Notes: generated from the sequence alone by a model not told the origin. A stretch of DNA of 64,000 bases from Octopus vulgaris (GCA_951406725.2 OX597837.1:40672001-40736000); one strand, 5' to 3'. Counted from the stretch's first letter, positions 1 to 13,096 are shown. Made by a program: numbers and translations.

Positions 1-230
1 GTTACACTATTTGTATATATACTCTGTAATTTACATGAACGCCTCAATGTAGACATGAAATATTCTGTTTCTCTGTCGTAATATATATATACACATATAT
101 GTATGTATATATACACACACATATATATGTGTGTATGTATGCATATTTCAATATATCTATAAGTATATATAATACATATCTATATATATGTATATATTAA
201 TACATATATATATATATGTATATATATATA

Positions 231-279
<49 letters not shown>

Positions 280-539
280 ATGTATATGTATATATATATA
301 TACGCACATCCATGTACACAAAGACTCATATGTTATGTATATGTACGGTATCCGGTGTAGAAGTTGATATGTAAATAGTTTTATGATCTCTTGGAAGAAA
401 TTCAACGGTCTGTAGTTGTATCCAAAGTTATGAATGACAAAATAAACATATTCTGTAAACATTTTCATTTCATCTTAAACATTATATTCTTTCATTCTTT
501 CATTCGTTCATTCTTTCATTCTTTCATTCTATCAAACGT

Positions 540-1061
540 TTCGTTTTTCCCATAATGTGGTTTGCGCAAATAACTCTAAAAGTTTCAGGTAAAGAACTTA
601 TATCAACAAAACGCTTTACACAAATATGAATTCTTGGAGAGTGGAACACTGAGAATGCAGAATAGGCAATGTTTCGTTTGTAGTAGCACACGTTTCCGTC
701 GATTTCCGTAAAAAATGTAAACACTGAATCGGCCATACATACATACACACACACACACATACATACATACACACACACATACATATACACATACACCGAG
801 TAAAAAATTTCAGTTATCTCTCTCTTTCACACATTACTCTCTCTGTCTCTTCGCACACACTAACAGAAGCACTTCACTTACACAACATACTGTCTATCTC
901 CCACACCCCATCAAACACACACACGGGGACTTCAAAAAGAAATTCCCTCGTCATAAAATCGCTTCCTCTTAGTCTCTTTCGCTCTCGTTACTTCAAATAT
1001 TCCCGCAAAGCCATATGTAAAAAAATAAAAAATTTTTTACGGAAATCGACGAAACATTGCC
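540..1061. mobile_element. Two opposed fragments of one interspersed repeat (possibly DNA transposon or Helitron-derived) flanking (CA)n
   Basis: CGTCGATTTCCGTAAAAAAT (697-716) is the exact reverse complement of 1032-1051. GGCAATGTTTCG (665-676) is the reverse complement of 1050-1061. Confidence 0.4.
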
Positions 1062-1305
1062 GCAGAATAATATGGACACTAGATTAGTTCCAGTTGTTAC
1101 AAGAACGCTAGGAATTTTAGACCAACTTACCATAAGAGTCTGAAATAATTGCGTAGGAACTGGGAATTACTTCTATGCTCAAAGTTTAGAAGTTAGTAAC
1201 CGAACCCTAGAGGTGATGGAAGTCTCCTGTAGTCTGAGAAAGACGCTTCTCCAATTTCTTCCCGAGCAACCTTCACAAATGATTCGTTTATGATGATCAA
1301 ACTCA

Positions 1306-1440
1306 GGTGTGGCTGTGTGGTAGGTGTCTTCTACTAGGTTTACAAAGAATAAGTCCTGGGGTCGATTTGCTCGACAAAAGGCGGTGCTCCAGCATGGCTA
1401 CAGCCAAATAACTGAAACAAGTAAAAAGAGTAAAAGAATA
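1306..1440 (+). mobile_element. SINE family A, internally deleted (head fused to tail)
   Basis: Head GGTGTGGCTGTGTGGTA is joined to the tail ...GGCGGTGCTCCAGCATGGCTACAGCCAAATAACTGAAACAAGTAAAAAGAG, as seen in the full copies at 11317 and 63314. Confidence 0.75.
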
Positions 1441-1771
1441 TGTGGAATCAATAAATCAATAATATGGAAATTATAGTAATTACTCGTGTATAACGCGAGG
1501 AATAGTATTTAAAAAATAGCTTCATAGCCACTTGCGGCCGGGTTCGATCCTGTTGTGTGATATCTTAGGCAATTGTCGTTTTTTTCCACCCTTGAATCGA
1601 CCCGTATCTTATAAGTGAAAATAGGTAGATAGTAACTGTCCTGAAGTCTCTAAGGTGGATTGAACCTATCACCCGAACGATGCAGCCTTTTCATAGACTG
1701 TGTTATACTGATTGTACCAGAGAATTACGTTAAGGATATACATGTTAGCGGAATACTCGGCCACTTACACA

Positions 1772-1970
1772 GCCATTCAAGAATTTGGACCTGGAGATCT
1801 CCATTTCCAGCGACTTCGAGGGCTACCTCCCAGTGGTGTCGGGCGTTAACGAAGAGCCCTTGACAACAAGACGACCAAAGTTTTTTTCCATGGTCTGGGG
1901 TCTCCTGCCCCTAAGCCCCAGACCATGACCTAATCACCCTTACGCCTCTTGTTGCTTAACAACAACAACA
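1772..1970 (+). mobile_element. 5'-truncated non-LTR retroelement 3' end with (AAC)n tail, inserted in a SINE family B fragment
   Basis: 12 bp target-site duplication GCCACTTACACA (1760-1771 and 1971-1982). 12 bp stem-loop CATGGTCTGGGG...CCCCAGACCATG (1889-1927). (AAC)n tail. Confidence 0.7.
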
Positions 1971-2074
1971 GCCACTTACACATTAACTCGGGAAAGACGG
2001 AAACCCACCCAGAAGCATAATACCATAAGGCGAAGGGAAATTTAATATTAAAAACTCCGATCCAAACTGGCGCG

Positions 2075-2378
2075 TATCATTATCCCAGTATCGACAAGAC
2101 TATCGGATGTTGTTATACATCGCTGGTCACAGTGCGCTTGCGGCATGCATTTTATCTTTCGAATGATGCCACCGCACTGGTTAGGCGTGCAGTCCAATAT
2201 TCCTCTCAGTCGGAAGGCTATTCCGTCGCAGATTTATCCATTTACAGCTGAGCAGACTGGAGCAGTATGAAATGAAGTGTTTTGTTCATAAACACAACTC
2301 GCTACCTGCTCCAGGAATCGAACTTGTGATCAAGCGATCGTGTGTGCAACACCCTAACCACTAAGCCACGCACCTTCA
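2075..2378 (-). mobile_element. Diverged tRNA-derived CORE-type SINE
   Basis: The minus strand carries tRNA-like A and B boxes (GTGGCTTAGTGGTTAG; GTTCGATTCC) followed by a CORE-like AAAACACTTCATTTCA..GCTCCAGTC..CTCAGCTGTAAATGG. Confidence 0.7.
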
Positions 2379-3142
2379 AGCATCAATATACTCGAGTGTA
2401 AAAAAAAGCTCGTAAAAACATAAATATCAAAGAAGGAACCTCAGGACATTCAGTGCCACATCTAGGGGTTTCCAAACCCAAATACGAAGTCCTCAAAAAT
2501 ACCAGACCCTCGAAAAGCCAGACTAATTTTCAGATTCCACCAAATTTATTAGAGAGAAGATAAAATAGAATTTATATCAATATAGTTCTTAGTTATTCTC
2601 TATGGTTTTGTAAAAGTTTTAAAAAGTTTTAAATGGTTTAAACCAGCTAAATTTAATTACCCTTGCCAATTTGTCTGCACCGTTTTGAATCTCTATATCC
2701 ACTCTTCCTTCTGGAGTCGGCTTAGCTATCTAGACTAATGAATGTACTTCATTAATGCGGTTGCAAAACACCGTACGTGTTGCGAATTTTTAATTCAGTT
2801 TGCAAGCAAGTTTATGTATATTTATATATTCTATTGTATTAACATTTTTACTAATTTAAAACGACTACAGCTTAAAACGTGGAAGTTATATTACTAACTT
2901 ATAACAGGCAGCAGAATAAAAAAAACACTTTTGGACACTGAATGCAGATTATATATTCACATATTATTCATTTTATCATAAAATAGTTCAAGGTTTGGGT
3001 TAACCAAAGTTTAGAAGCTGATTGTTATATTAATTGACAATATTTTACTTATATTTACAAAATTCAAAATGGCCGCCTTTTGCCTTCAAAATAGTCCTTA
3101 ATCTTTTCTCAACTGAAGGGTATATATATAGGCTGCTCTCGG

Positions 3143-3261
<119 letters not shown>

Positions 3262-3444
3262 CGTGTGTGTGTGTGTGTGAGTGTGTGTATATGCATCTAT
3301 CCTTTAAGTTCGTTTATGGGAAACCTTTAAATATGCATATAAAAGCACCTATTTTATTAGGCCAGCTACAACCTAATGATACCAACTAGCAATACCAGTG
3401 TATTTTTATGTATATATGTGTGTACGTATCTATATATAGATACG

Positions 3445-3700
3445 TAGCCGGGGATGATTTTTAAAATGAGAATATCTGAAATAAACTCGACTGCTCTCAC
3501 AAAAAGCAGGAAAAATAATCCAGAATCGTTGTCCGGTATCCGATCGATCCCAAAATCTAATCGTGACAGCCACGAGGTAAAACATTCCTGAATGTTTCAT
3601 CAGAATCCATCCAGCGGTCCATGAGATATCTTGTACACGAACAAACAAACAAATACGACTGAAAAACAATACTTCTGCCTTTGTTAAGGTGGAGTATAAT
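3445..3700 (+). mobile_element. Non-autonomous Helitron/Helentron-like (HINE/DINE-1-type) element
   Basis: Internal (ACAA)n microsatellite, followed by AAAACAATAC and a subterminal imperfect hairpin (CTGCCTT...AAGGTGG). This is the HINE architecture. Confidence 0.55.
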
Positions 3701-4620
3701 AAACACCAGGCTTAAAAATAGCAAGTACCAGGGTTTCTTGTTGCTCGACTAAAGATCTTCATGGCGGTGCCCCAACATGGCCGCAGTCTGATGTTTGAAA
3801 CGGGTAACGGATGAAAGATTAAACAAAAATTCCCACACTCTCACAACTGATATAACACATGTATGTAATGAAGAAAACACAAAATGGTAGAACGGAAGTA
3901 ATGATAAACCGATACCCCACACATCAAAGTAAAATATAACTCCACGTTTCTCGAAAGATAGTACCGCACAGCAGGTGCACCTTGCAAGCACAAATGTGCA
4001 ACTGGTGGGGCAGCCAAAACATGCAGAAAACGGTTGAAAACATGGTGATAATTTTAATGAAATTAGGATCATATTCATCATCATCATTATAATCTATACA
4101 CACACACACTCACACACACACACACACAGGCATACATACACGCACACGCTCACACACACATTGAGAAAAATAAAGGTAATATAAACAGCTAAGCGTGATG
4201 CGATACCATTAAGGAAAAATTCAATCGTCACAAAGTGCTAGAAATAAGAGTTAAAATACTCCTAATGCTGTAGGAATGGAAAGTGCACACACACACACAC
4301 AAACACACACACATGATTGTGTGTGTGTGTGTATGTGTGCCTTTGTTTCTGTGTTTCCCTTCCACAACCGCTTGACAACCAGTATTGGTAACTTAGTGGT
4401 TCGGCAAAAGAGAGCGAGAGAGAGGTGGGTGGGGAATAAGTTGCCGGCTTAAAAAGAAGTCCTGGAGTCGATTCGTTTTCCCAAAGTTCTTCATGGCTGA
4501 AACAAGTAAAGGAGAAAATATATTTATATTGCCAATATGTACGTTCGTTTCTATGTTTTTGTTTTTGTTTTCGTTCTCATTGTGTTCAACGTGTTTTTGA
4601 TGTCCTGTACCCCTATATGC

Positions 4621-4685
<65 letters not shown>

Positions 4686-4688
<3 letters not shown>

Positions 4689-5045
4689 TTAAATCCTTAA
4701 ATCCTTAAAAATGTTTTAGCCCGAAGGCCGCGGCCATGCTGGGACACCACAGCTGAATGAGCTACACTAATTTGTGAATCCACCTCTGATACGTGGCACT
4801 TGATCAACAAGGGAGTTCGATGCTGCTGCCCGCATCCGCGTCTCTTGTTGCGAGGTAGGTTCATCTGGGACTCCCGACAAGAAGAGATCCACTTTAGTTT
4901 TAAAGAAACCCACATCCACACCATGTAAGTCTCTCAGGCATTTAGGGAGGATGTTAAAGAGCTGTGGTCCTCTGAAACCCAAACTGTTGCAGTATCTGGA
5001 CCTGTATTTTGATGGTGATGTTGGAATCCTTGGCACCATGCAGTA
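4686..5045 (-). mobile_element. CR1/L2-group LINE 3' end: ORF2 C-terminus, 3' UTR stem-loop and (TAAGGATT)n tail
   Basis: The minus ORF reads ...NSLGFRGPQLFNILPKCLRDLHGVDVGFFKTKVDLFLSGVPDEP..., typical of CR1-group ORF2 C-termini. Stop at 4767, then a tandem 8-mer tail abutting (TA)n. Confidence 0.8.
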
Positions 5046-5145
5046 ACTTTGAATGCCATATATAAGTATGTACATATATGTATGTATATACTATCCTATT
5101 ATTATATTTTTATATATATGATAACGAAGTGTCAGCGCTAGGCAG

Positions 5146-5289
5146 TGTTTGTCACTCATTTCAACTGCTAAAAGGCAAATACGCTGCAACTACCGTGGAG
5201 AATATATTTTCTCTTGTGGTGAGAGAGAAATATTCTCCACGAGAACTGAAGTGTATTTGCCTTTTAGCAGTTGAAATGCGTGACAAGCA
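5146..5289. repeat. Imperfect palindrome of about 144 bp
   Basis: TGTCACTCATTTCAACTGCTAAAAGGCAAATAC and CGTGGAGAATAT are mirrored by ATATTCTCCACG and GTATTTGCCTTTTAGCAGTTGAAATGCGTGACA. Confidence 0.85.
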
Positions 5290-5311
5290 TATTTCAGCTT
5301 ATCTGATCCTG

Positions 5312-5423
<112 letters not shown>

Positions 5424-5597
5424 CAGAGTGAGAGACAGGGGAGAGAGAGAGAGAAGAATACAGTGTACATTCAAACACAAAAGAGATACCCAAAGAATAG
5501 GATATCTGACTCACTAGAAAGAGCAGTTAAACTCCAAGCCACTAATTGTTGTAATTCCGAAACGAATAAATAAATAAATAAATATATATACATATAT

Positions 5598-5761
5598 ACG
5601 ACAGGCTTCTTTCAGTTTCCGTCTACCAAATGCACTCACAAGGCATTGGTCGGCCCGGGGCTATAGCAGAAGACACTCGCCCAAGATTCCACGCAGTGGG
5701 ACTGAACCCGGAACCATGTGGTTGGTTAGCAAGCTACTTACGACACAGCCACTCCTGCGCC

Positions 5762-5817
<56 letters not shown>

Positions 5818-6060
5818 AGAGTGTGTGTGTATGGGTGTCTGTTTGTTTGTAAATGTGTCATTCTGGCTGTGTTTACTTGACAACCGGTGTTGGCATGTTT
5901 GCGTCCTATCGGTTTTGTAAAAGTGACCGATAGAAGAAGTACTGGTTTTTTTAAAAAATAAAACAAAACATAGGATTTGGAGTTGATTCATTCGGCCGAA
6001 TTATTCTTCGAGGCAGTGCCCCAGCATGGTCGCAGTCTAATAACTGAAACAAGTACAAGA
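5598..6060. mobile_element. SINE family A with its head (5598-5762) on the minus strand and its tail (about 5835-6060) on the plus strand
   Basis: The head is the reverse complement of 63314-63478. The tail is a diverged match to 63515-63710 in forward orientation. (TA)n(TG)n lies between them. Confidence 0.75.
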
Positions 6061-6225
6061 TAATGCCATACTAGTCTTCCATTATTTAGGAGTTGAATAA
6101 ATTGAAGTACCAGTGATTTACTGAGGTCGATTTTAATTGACATTCGCTATCCCAGAAATATCTGGTCGAACAGAAGACAAAAAGAACATCCCCTCATCCA
6201 CAACACCTCTACCTCCTCCTCCTCT

Positions 6226-6262
<37 letters not shown>

Positions 6263-6541
6263 TGGCAGGACAGCGTGAAAATATGATATTTTCAACAAAC
6301 TTTCGCCATTTTGTTTTTGTTTTGTTGCGTCAAATGATGCGCAAATAATGGCGCACAATATAAACAAAACGGAATGTTTATGTGTATGCATACATATACA
6401 TAGATACATACACACATACATACATACATACATACATACATACATACATACATACATACATTCATACATATATATATACATATATATATATATATGCATA
6501 TATATATATACATATATATGTATATATATATATGTATATAT

Positions 6542-6661
<120 letters not shown>

Positions 6662-6742
6662 TATATAGATAGATAAACAGGAAGATGGATAGATAGATAT
6701 GTATGTCTATATATATATATATATATACATACATACATATAA

Positions 6743-7001
6743 TAAAATAATAAATGCGCCCTTTTAAAGCCTAACCAGGTTCATGGGCCCGGTTTCCCGT
6801 TTTTTTTTGGCGTATGTGTTCCCCAGATGGACAGGACCCCAGTCCATCGCAGCGTTACTCATTATTGCCAGCTGAGTGGACTGGAGCAACGTGAAATGAA
6901 GTGCTTGGCTCAAGGACACAACGCCTCGCCCGGTCCAGGATTCGAAACCACAATCTTACGATCATAGTGCTGACACCTGAACGACTAAGCCACGCGCCTC
7001 C
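6743..7001 (-). mobile_element. tRNA-derived CORE-type SINE, near full length
   Basis: Minus strand reads GGAGGCGCGTGGCTTAGTCGTTCAGG...TTCGAATCCTGG, then CCTTGAGCCAAGCACTTCATTTCACGTTGCTCCAGTCCACTCAGCTG, then GCGATGGACTGG and a (TTTA)n tail. Confidence 0.8.
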
Positions 7002-7022
7002 ACACACACACACACACACAAT

Positions 7023-7064
<42 letters not shown>

Positions 7065-7765
7065 TACACATATGTGTGTATCTGTGTGTACACATATATG
7101 TGTGTAGGTGTGTCCGTGCCTCCGTGACCATATATGTTTAATGGCGACGTAATATACATACATATACATATATGTATATGGATATATGCATACAAAGATT
7201 GATATCTGTGAGTGCAAGTTTGTGTGTGTGCGCATGCGTGCGCGCGTGCGTGTGTGAGTAAAATGGTGATCAGATGGACAAACAGTTACGGGACAACTCA
7301 CTACTTCGGTGATATCAACCATGAAAAATATCATTTCGCATGTTGGACATAATTGAATAACACACACGCACGCACGCACGCACACACACATATACACACA
7401 CACACACACACATATATATATCTATATATAAATATATACATGTATGAATGTATATATTTATAACCATATATATTTCTTTTATTGCTTATGTCATTTCGAA
7501 ATTTATCTGATGTTGGATGATTTTATTATCAAATTATCACTCAATTGTACGCATTGCCTATTTCCTAACAAAGCTAGTAAATATACACACACACACACAC
7601 ACACACAAACACATACACACATATACATACATATGTATATACTCATAGTTATATGCACATATATAAGCGAATATACGTGTATATATATATATATGCATTT
7701 TTATAAATGTATACGTATACAAATATATATATGCATTTATATATACATACTTAAATATGTATATA

Positions 7766-7809
<44 letters not shown>

Positions 7810-8440
7810 AGTAATTAACTGTGTTTGCTCTCGTGTTATTAATATGTTGGCTTATCAAGAGAACGATATAAATGGTTTGGAAGTGTAAATATATTCGTTG
7901 CTATCACTTATTAGTATTGCCGTTGTTGTTGTTGTTGTTGTTGTTGTTGTTGCCGTCGTTGATGGTGGTGGTGGTTGTGGTGGTGGTGGGATGGTGTCGG
8001 GTGATGATGGTATTAGTGGTGGCGTTTTTACGCGGAAGTAATAAGAAAAAAAAATAGAAAGGATTAAATCAGCGGGAAAAAAAAATTCACGGAAGCAGAA
8101 AAGCGAAAAGAGGTCTTTGTTAGCTGAGAGTCGCTGGAATTAACTGATCGTCATCCTCATCATCATCATCATCACCATCACCATCATCATCGTCGTCGTC
8201 ATAGTCGTCGTCCTCTTCATCATCTTCGCCATCGTCTACATTACCACCACTACCACTCACCATAAACTTCACCATCCTCATCATCATCACCATCATCACC
8301 ATCCTCATCATCATCCTCATCATCCTCATCATCCTCATCATCATCATCATCATAATCACCATTTTTATGATTACTATTATCCTTCTTTTATCATTGTTTT
8401 CAGTTTTTGTTGCTGTCATTATTGTTGTTGTTATTGTTGT

Positions 8441-8477
<37 letters not shown>

Positions 8478-8542
8478 AATGATGATAATGATGATGATGC
8501 TGTTATTATTGTTGTTGTTGTTGCTGCTGCTGCTGTTGTTGT

Positions 8543-8640
8543 TGGCAGAATCGTTAGTACGCCGGGCAAACTGCTCCGCAGTATCTCTCCAACCGCTATA
8601 TTCTGAGTTCAAATTCCGCCGAGGTCGACTTTTATCCTTA
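8543..8640 (+). mobile_element. Meta/MESC-domain SINE fragment
   Basis: TGGCAGAATCGTTAG...TTCTGAGTTCAAATTCCGCCGAGGTCGACTTT matches the copy at 43362. Confidence 0.7.
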
Positions 8641-8641
8641 T

Positions 8642-8690
<49 letters not shown>

Positions 8691-9106
8691 AAACATGCAT
8701 ATATTCACACACGCACAATAATTTTTTTCATAATCGTCCTGCTTCAAAACGACGACTCATACTTGGGTCAATGGTTTTGACTGAGCCCTTTTCCTTTAAA
8801 GTTGCTCTCCGTGTAACTAAATCAGAAGATTTAAGCAATTGTTCTATAATTTTGGCATTTTCCCTTTTTTAAATATTTTGTTTTGTTTACTTGTCTCAGT
8901 CATTGGAGCTTAGGGCCACGATGTGGAACCTCCTGGAAGTGTTTAGGCGAACAAATCGACCTGACACTTCTGTTTTATAAATTTTGGTACTTATACTATC
9001 GGTCTGTTTTGCCGAAACCGCTACGTTAGGAGTACGGAAACAAACCGTCACCGGTTGTCACGTGTGATGGGACATTCACAAACACACACACACACTCTCA
9101 CACACG

Positions 9107-9158
<52 letters not shown>

Positions 9159-9477
9159 ACAACACTACACTACACCATACAACATTACACATCACATCAC
9201 AACACACCACCCACAGCACACCGCCCACACACCCATCCCCACATCTTTACACCTACACATACATACACATATCACATCACAACACACCACCCACACACCC
9301 ATCCCCATACTTACATACATACACACGTCCAGACCACCAGCCCTCTTTCACACGCACATACATAATCTCTTTGTGTTGGGGGCACCTTCGTTTTGGAAGT
9401 CACTTGGTCCTGTTATCTCCCCTACTGTCCCTCTAGCGTCTGACCTCTGACCTCTGCCCGAAGTCAGAACGCCATGA

Positions 9478-9681
9478 TAAATCGTTAGCTTCTACACGCA
9501 TTTTTTCTCTCCTTATTTCTCTCATTGTTTTTTTTTTCTTCTGTGTATCTTTCTGTCGAAGAGCGTACGCTTGAAACGTAAAAGACTTTTTCTATTTCTA
9601 TTCCTGAGCGCCATACTAGTACATTTGTTTGTTTGGACTCCACCTGCCTTCGTCTTTTGTTTATTTTCGTAAACCTTCCCG

Positions 9682-9683
<2 letters not shown>
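9478..9683 (+). mobile_element. Penelope-like terminal repeat fragment ending in (TA)n
   Basis: Homologous to 59870-60025 (minus) and 61994-62079 (plus). Contains a hammerhead-like motif at 9548-9585. Confidence 0.6.
9548..9585 (+). ncRNA. Minimal type I hammerhead-like motif, A6U core variant
   Basis: UCUUU-CUGUCGA-A-GAGC GUAC GCUU-GAA-ACGU-A-AAAGA. Helix I is 5 bp, helix II is 4 bp, helix III is the palindrome ACGU, and the triplet is GUA. Confidence 0.55.
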
Positions 9684-9728
<45 letters not shown>

Positions 9729-10359
9729 AAAGACTTTCACACAAATTCTATCAAATTCACCCAAAAGACATTGACGGTCCGGAGCTATAGCAGGAGACAC
9801 GTGCCCTATAAACCACGCGGTAGAACTGAACCCTGGACCATGTAGTTAGGAAAGCATTTTCTTACCACTCCGCCACCGCCTTGTGGTTTCAAACTAGATT
9901 CTTAATCGCATAACCATGCTTACATCTACAGTTATAAAATTACGATTTATTTTATTGAAATCTTGTCATCAAATTAAATCATTTTCCTAAAGTGCTTTAG
10001 AATTTCATTTGGTGCTTTCTGTGTAAATGGAAACATTTAAATGTTTGTATGAGTAAATCATAATTCTTCACCATTTTAGCGAAAGTTCAAATGGAGATTT
10101 GACTTTTATTTTAGTAGAAATACTTTCACTTAAATCTAAGAACCTTGTAAAGTTCTGTTAATATTTTACTCGTTACGCACCATTACCGATAGCTTGAGGT
10201 GAATGCATAGATTAAGGAACCATTAAGTTGCAAAGGTCATTGATGAAAGAATGTTCTGTCGGTTTGACTGTCTGGTTAAGAAGATTGCTTTGTAGCCAAG
10301 CGGTTGGTTTCGGGTTCAGTCACACTCTGTGTTACAGTGGGCAAGCCTCTTCTGATATT

Positions 10360-10600
10360 GTTTGTTCCTTCTCAAGCCATGCCTGGCTCATAAGGGCCGA
10401 TTTCCTTGGTGTTTAGGTTCCCCACCTGGACGGGACCCCGGTCCGTCGCAGATGAGCTGCAAGATGCAGGAGGAAAGAGTGAGAGAAAGTTGTGGCGAAA
10501 GAGTCAGCAGAAATTCGCCATTACCTTCTGCCGGAGCCGCGTGGAGCTTAGGAGTTTCGCTCATAAACACACACATCGCCCTGTCTGAGATTCGAAATAG
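10360..10600 (-). mobile_element. Chimeric SINE: family B-type body with the 3' tail of the 6743 family
   Basis: GAGTGAGAGAAAGTTGTGG and CTGCCGGAGCC..GTGGAGCTTAGG are shared with 32968-33348. GGACGGGACCCCGGTCCGTCGCAG is shared with 6829-6852. Confidence 0.7.
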
Positions 10601-10607
10601 CGGCCCC

Positions 10608-10759
10608 ACATACTCATTATATGCGTTTTGCTTGTTTGCCGGTTCACTGCGGAGGCGAGTTGTATTTCAGTTGTTTTTAAGACCTAACGTTATGAGGCAG
10701 TCATCCCCCAAGCGCTATGCCGCAGCGAATCGGCGAACAAGCAAGACACATTGAGTATG
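10608..10759. repeat. Imperfect inverted repeat with arms of about 40 bp (MITE-like)
   Basis: TTGCTTGTTTGCCGGTTCACTGCGG (10628-10652) versus CCGCAGCGAATCGGCGAACAAGCAA (10720-10744). Pairing extends out to CATACTCA/TGAGTATG. Confidence 0.7.
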
Positions 10760-10872
10760 TGCAGAGGATAACGTATGCTAGATCAGTGCTTTTCTTAATT
10801 CGTTATTGGATGTGTTGTGGGGGTTGTTCGTGTGTGTGTGTGTATGTGTGTATGTGTATGTATGTGGGGGAT

Positions 10873-10906
<34 letters not shown>

Positions 10907-11316
10907 ACTCCGTTAGATATTCTTGCGATGCGGAATATACTAATACTCATCCATAAACATCGCTGTCTTGGTTCCTAAGGATTACTGATTACTGGGTTGG
11001 ATTAAGCACCTGTAAATCTGTTATGTTACGAGATTACTCCTAAATCTTAATCGTTTAACAGACAGTAACCACATATAATTTCATAATTAATCATAATTTC
11101 GTTTACCAGCAAATCATTAAACCTTATACCTTTCTGGAGCGTTCGGTTCCGGGACGGACAAAAGAACGGCGGTCGGAGTCAAGAGACAGGAGACAAGAAA
11201 ACGGAAAGCTTAAGAGATTCCGAGTCAAAAGCCAGCATCTAAATGTTACATTATTTTACGGTGAATGAAACTGAAATAAAGACAGGAGGAAACAAAGAGA
11301 GAAAAGTTGTACATAG

Positions 11317-11480
11317 GCGCAGGAGTGGCTGTGTGGTAAGTAGCTTGCTAACCAACGACATGGTTCCGGGTTCAGTCCACTGCGTGGCATCTTGGGCAAG
11401 TATCTTCTGCTATAGCCCCGGGCCGACCAATGACTTGTGAGTGGATTTGGTAGACGGAAACTGAAAGAAGCCTGTCGTTA

Positions 11481-11522
<42 letters not shown>

Positions 11523-11750
11523 TGTGTGTGTATATGTTTGTGTATCTGTGTTTGTCCCCCTAGCATTGCTTGACAACCGATGCTGGTGTGTTTACGTCCC
11601 CGTCACTTAGCGGTTCGGCAAAAGAGAACGATAGAATAAGTACTGGGCTTACAAAGAATAAGTCCTGGGGGTCGATTTGCTCGACTAAAGGCGGTGCTCC
11701 AGCATGGCCGCAGTCAAATGACTGAAACGAGTAAAAGAGAGTAAAAGAGT
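11317..11750 (+). mobile_element. SINE family A, full length (tRNA-like head, internal (TA)n(TG)n, LINE-like 3' stem-loop tail)
   Basis: A-box GTGGCTGTGTGGTAAG, B-box GGTTCAGTCC, CORE-like CTTGGGCAAGT and tail GGTGCTCCAGCATGGCCGCAGTCAAATGACTGAAAC. Many copies occur in the window. Confidence 0.9.
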
Positions 11751-13038
11751 ATAGAACCAAATAAAAAGACAATTATATCGTTAAACGCCTGGCTACATTA
11801 TCGATCATCTCTCGATCAAGGTATGCGGCGATTGACAGAGAAGTGATTCATACTTAAGCGTAAAAAAAAAATTAAAGGGTAGCTTAGCTCTTATTTGTAA
11901 AAGGTCAGGACAGTAAATAATGATGTTTTGCTTTGCAGACATGATGGTAATTCTTGTATATGGGGCTTTGGGTGGGAGGGGAAAATGGTAGGTGTTGAAT
12001 AATTCCAGAGGAAATAAGAGAGAATATAAATAAAAAAGCAAGAATGGTAAAATAAAAACAAGCAATATTTGGCATCGTCGCCTTGGCGGTTTTTATGACG
12101 TCAATTGTACGCTGAGACAGGTAGACATATATACGCGTGTGTGTGTGTGTTTGTGTGTGCGCACGTATGTGTGACAGGTGTGTATATGAATGTACATATG
12201 TACATATGTATGTGTGTGTGTGTGTGTGTGTGAAAGTGGGTGTGTATATATATGTATGTGTTTGTGTGTGCGTGAGTGTGTAAGTGGGTGTGTATATATA
12301 TGTATGTGTTTGTGTGTACGTGAGTGTGTAAGTGGGTGTGTGCGTGTGTCTGTGAAAGTGGGTGTGTATATATATGTATGTGTTTGTATTTGTGTGTGCA
12401 TGTGTATCTATGGCTGCGTGAGGATGTATGTTTCTGTGCATATGTATACATGTGTGCGTATGTATATGTGTATATATATATATCTGTATGTGTGTGTGTG
12501 CGTATACGTTTGTGCAAATATATGTGTGAGTATGCGTGTATGTGTGTTTTTATGCATATATGTATGTCTATGTACATATATCAATGCATATATTCATATG
12601 TCTATGTATATACAAGTGTGTATATATATTCGTGTGTGTCTACATATATATATATATATATACATACATACACACATATATACATATATATATATTGTAT
12701 TTATATTTATATATATGGATATATGTATATATGTATATATACATATATATATGTATGTATATGTATATGCATATATATATACATATATATATGTATGTAT
12801 ATACATATATATATATATACACCTATATATACACACACGCACATATATATATATGCTTGTATATATATATATATATATATGTGTATGTATGTATATATAT
12901 ATATATTTATGTATATATATGTATATATATATATATTTATTTATATATATATATGTGTATATATATATATATTTATATATATATACATACATGTATATAT
13001 ATATGTATATATATACATGTATATATATATATATATAC

Positions 13039-13096
<58 letters not shown>

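Noticed and set aside
11939-11946. Possible 8 nt micro-exon (TTTGCAG|ACATGATG|GTAATT)
   Set aside because: It is not frame-preserving and could easily arise by chance. It needs RNA-seq junction support.
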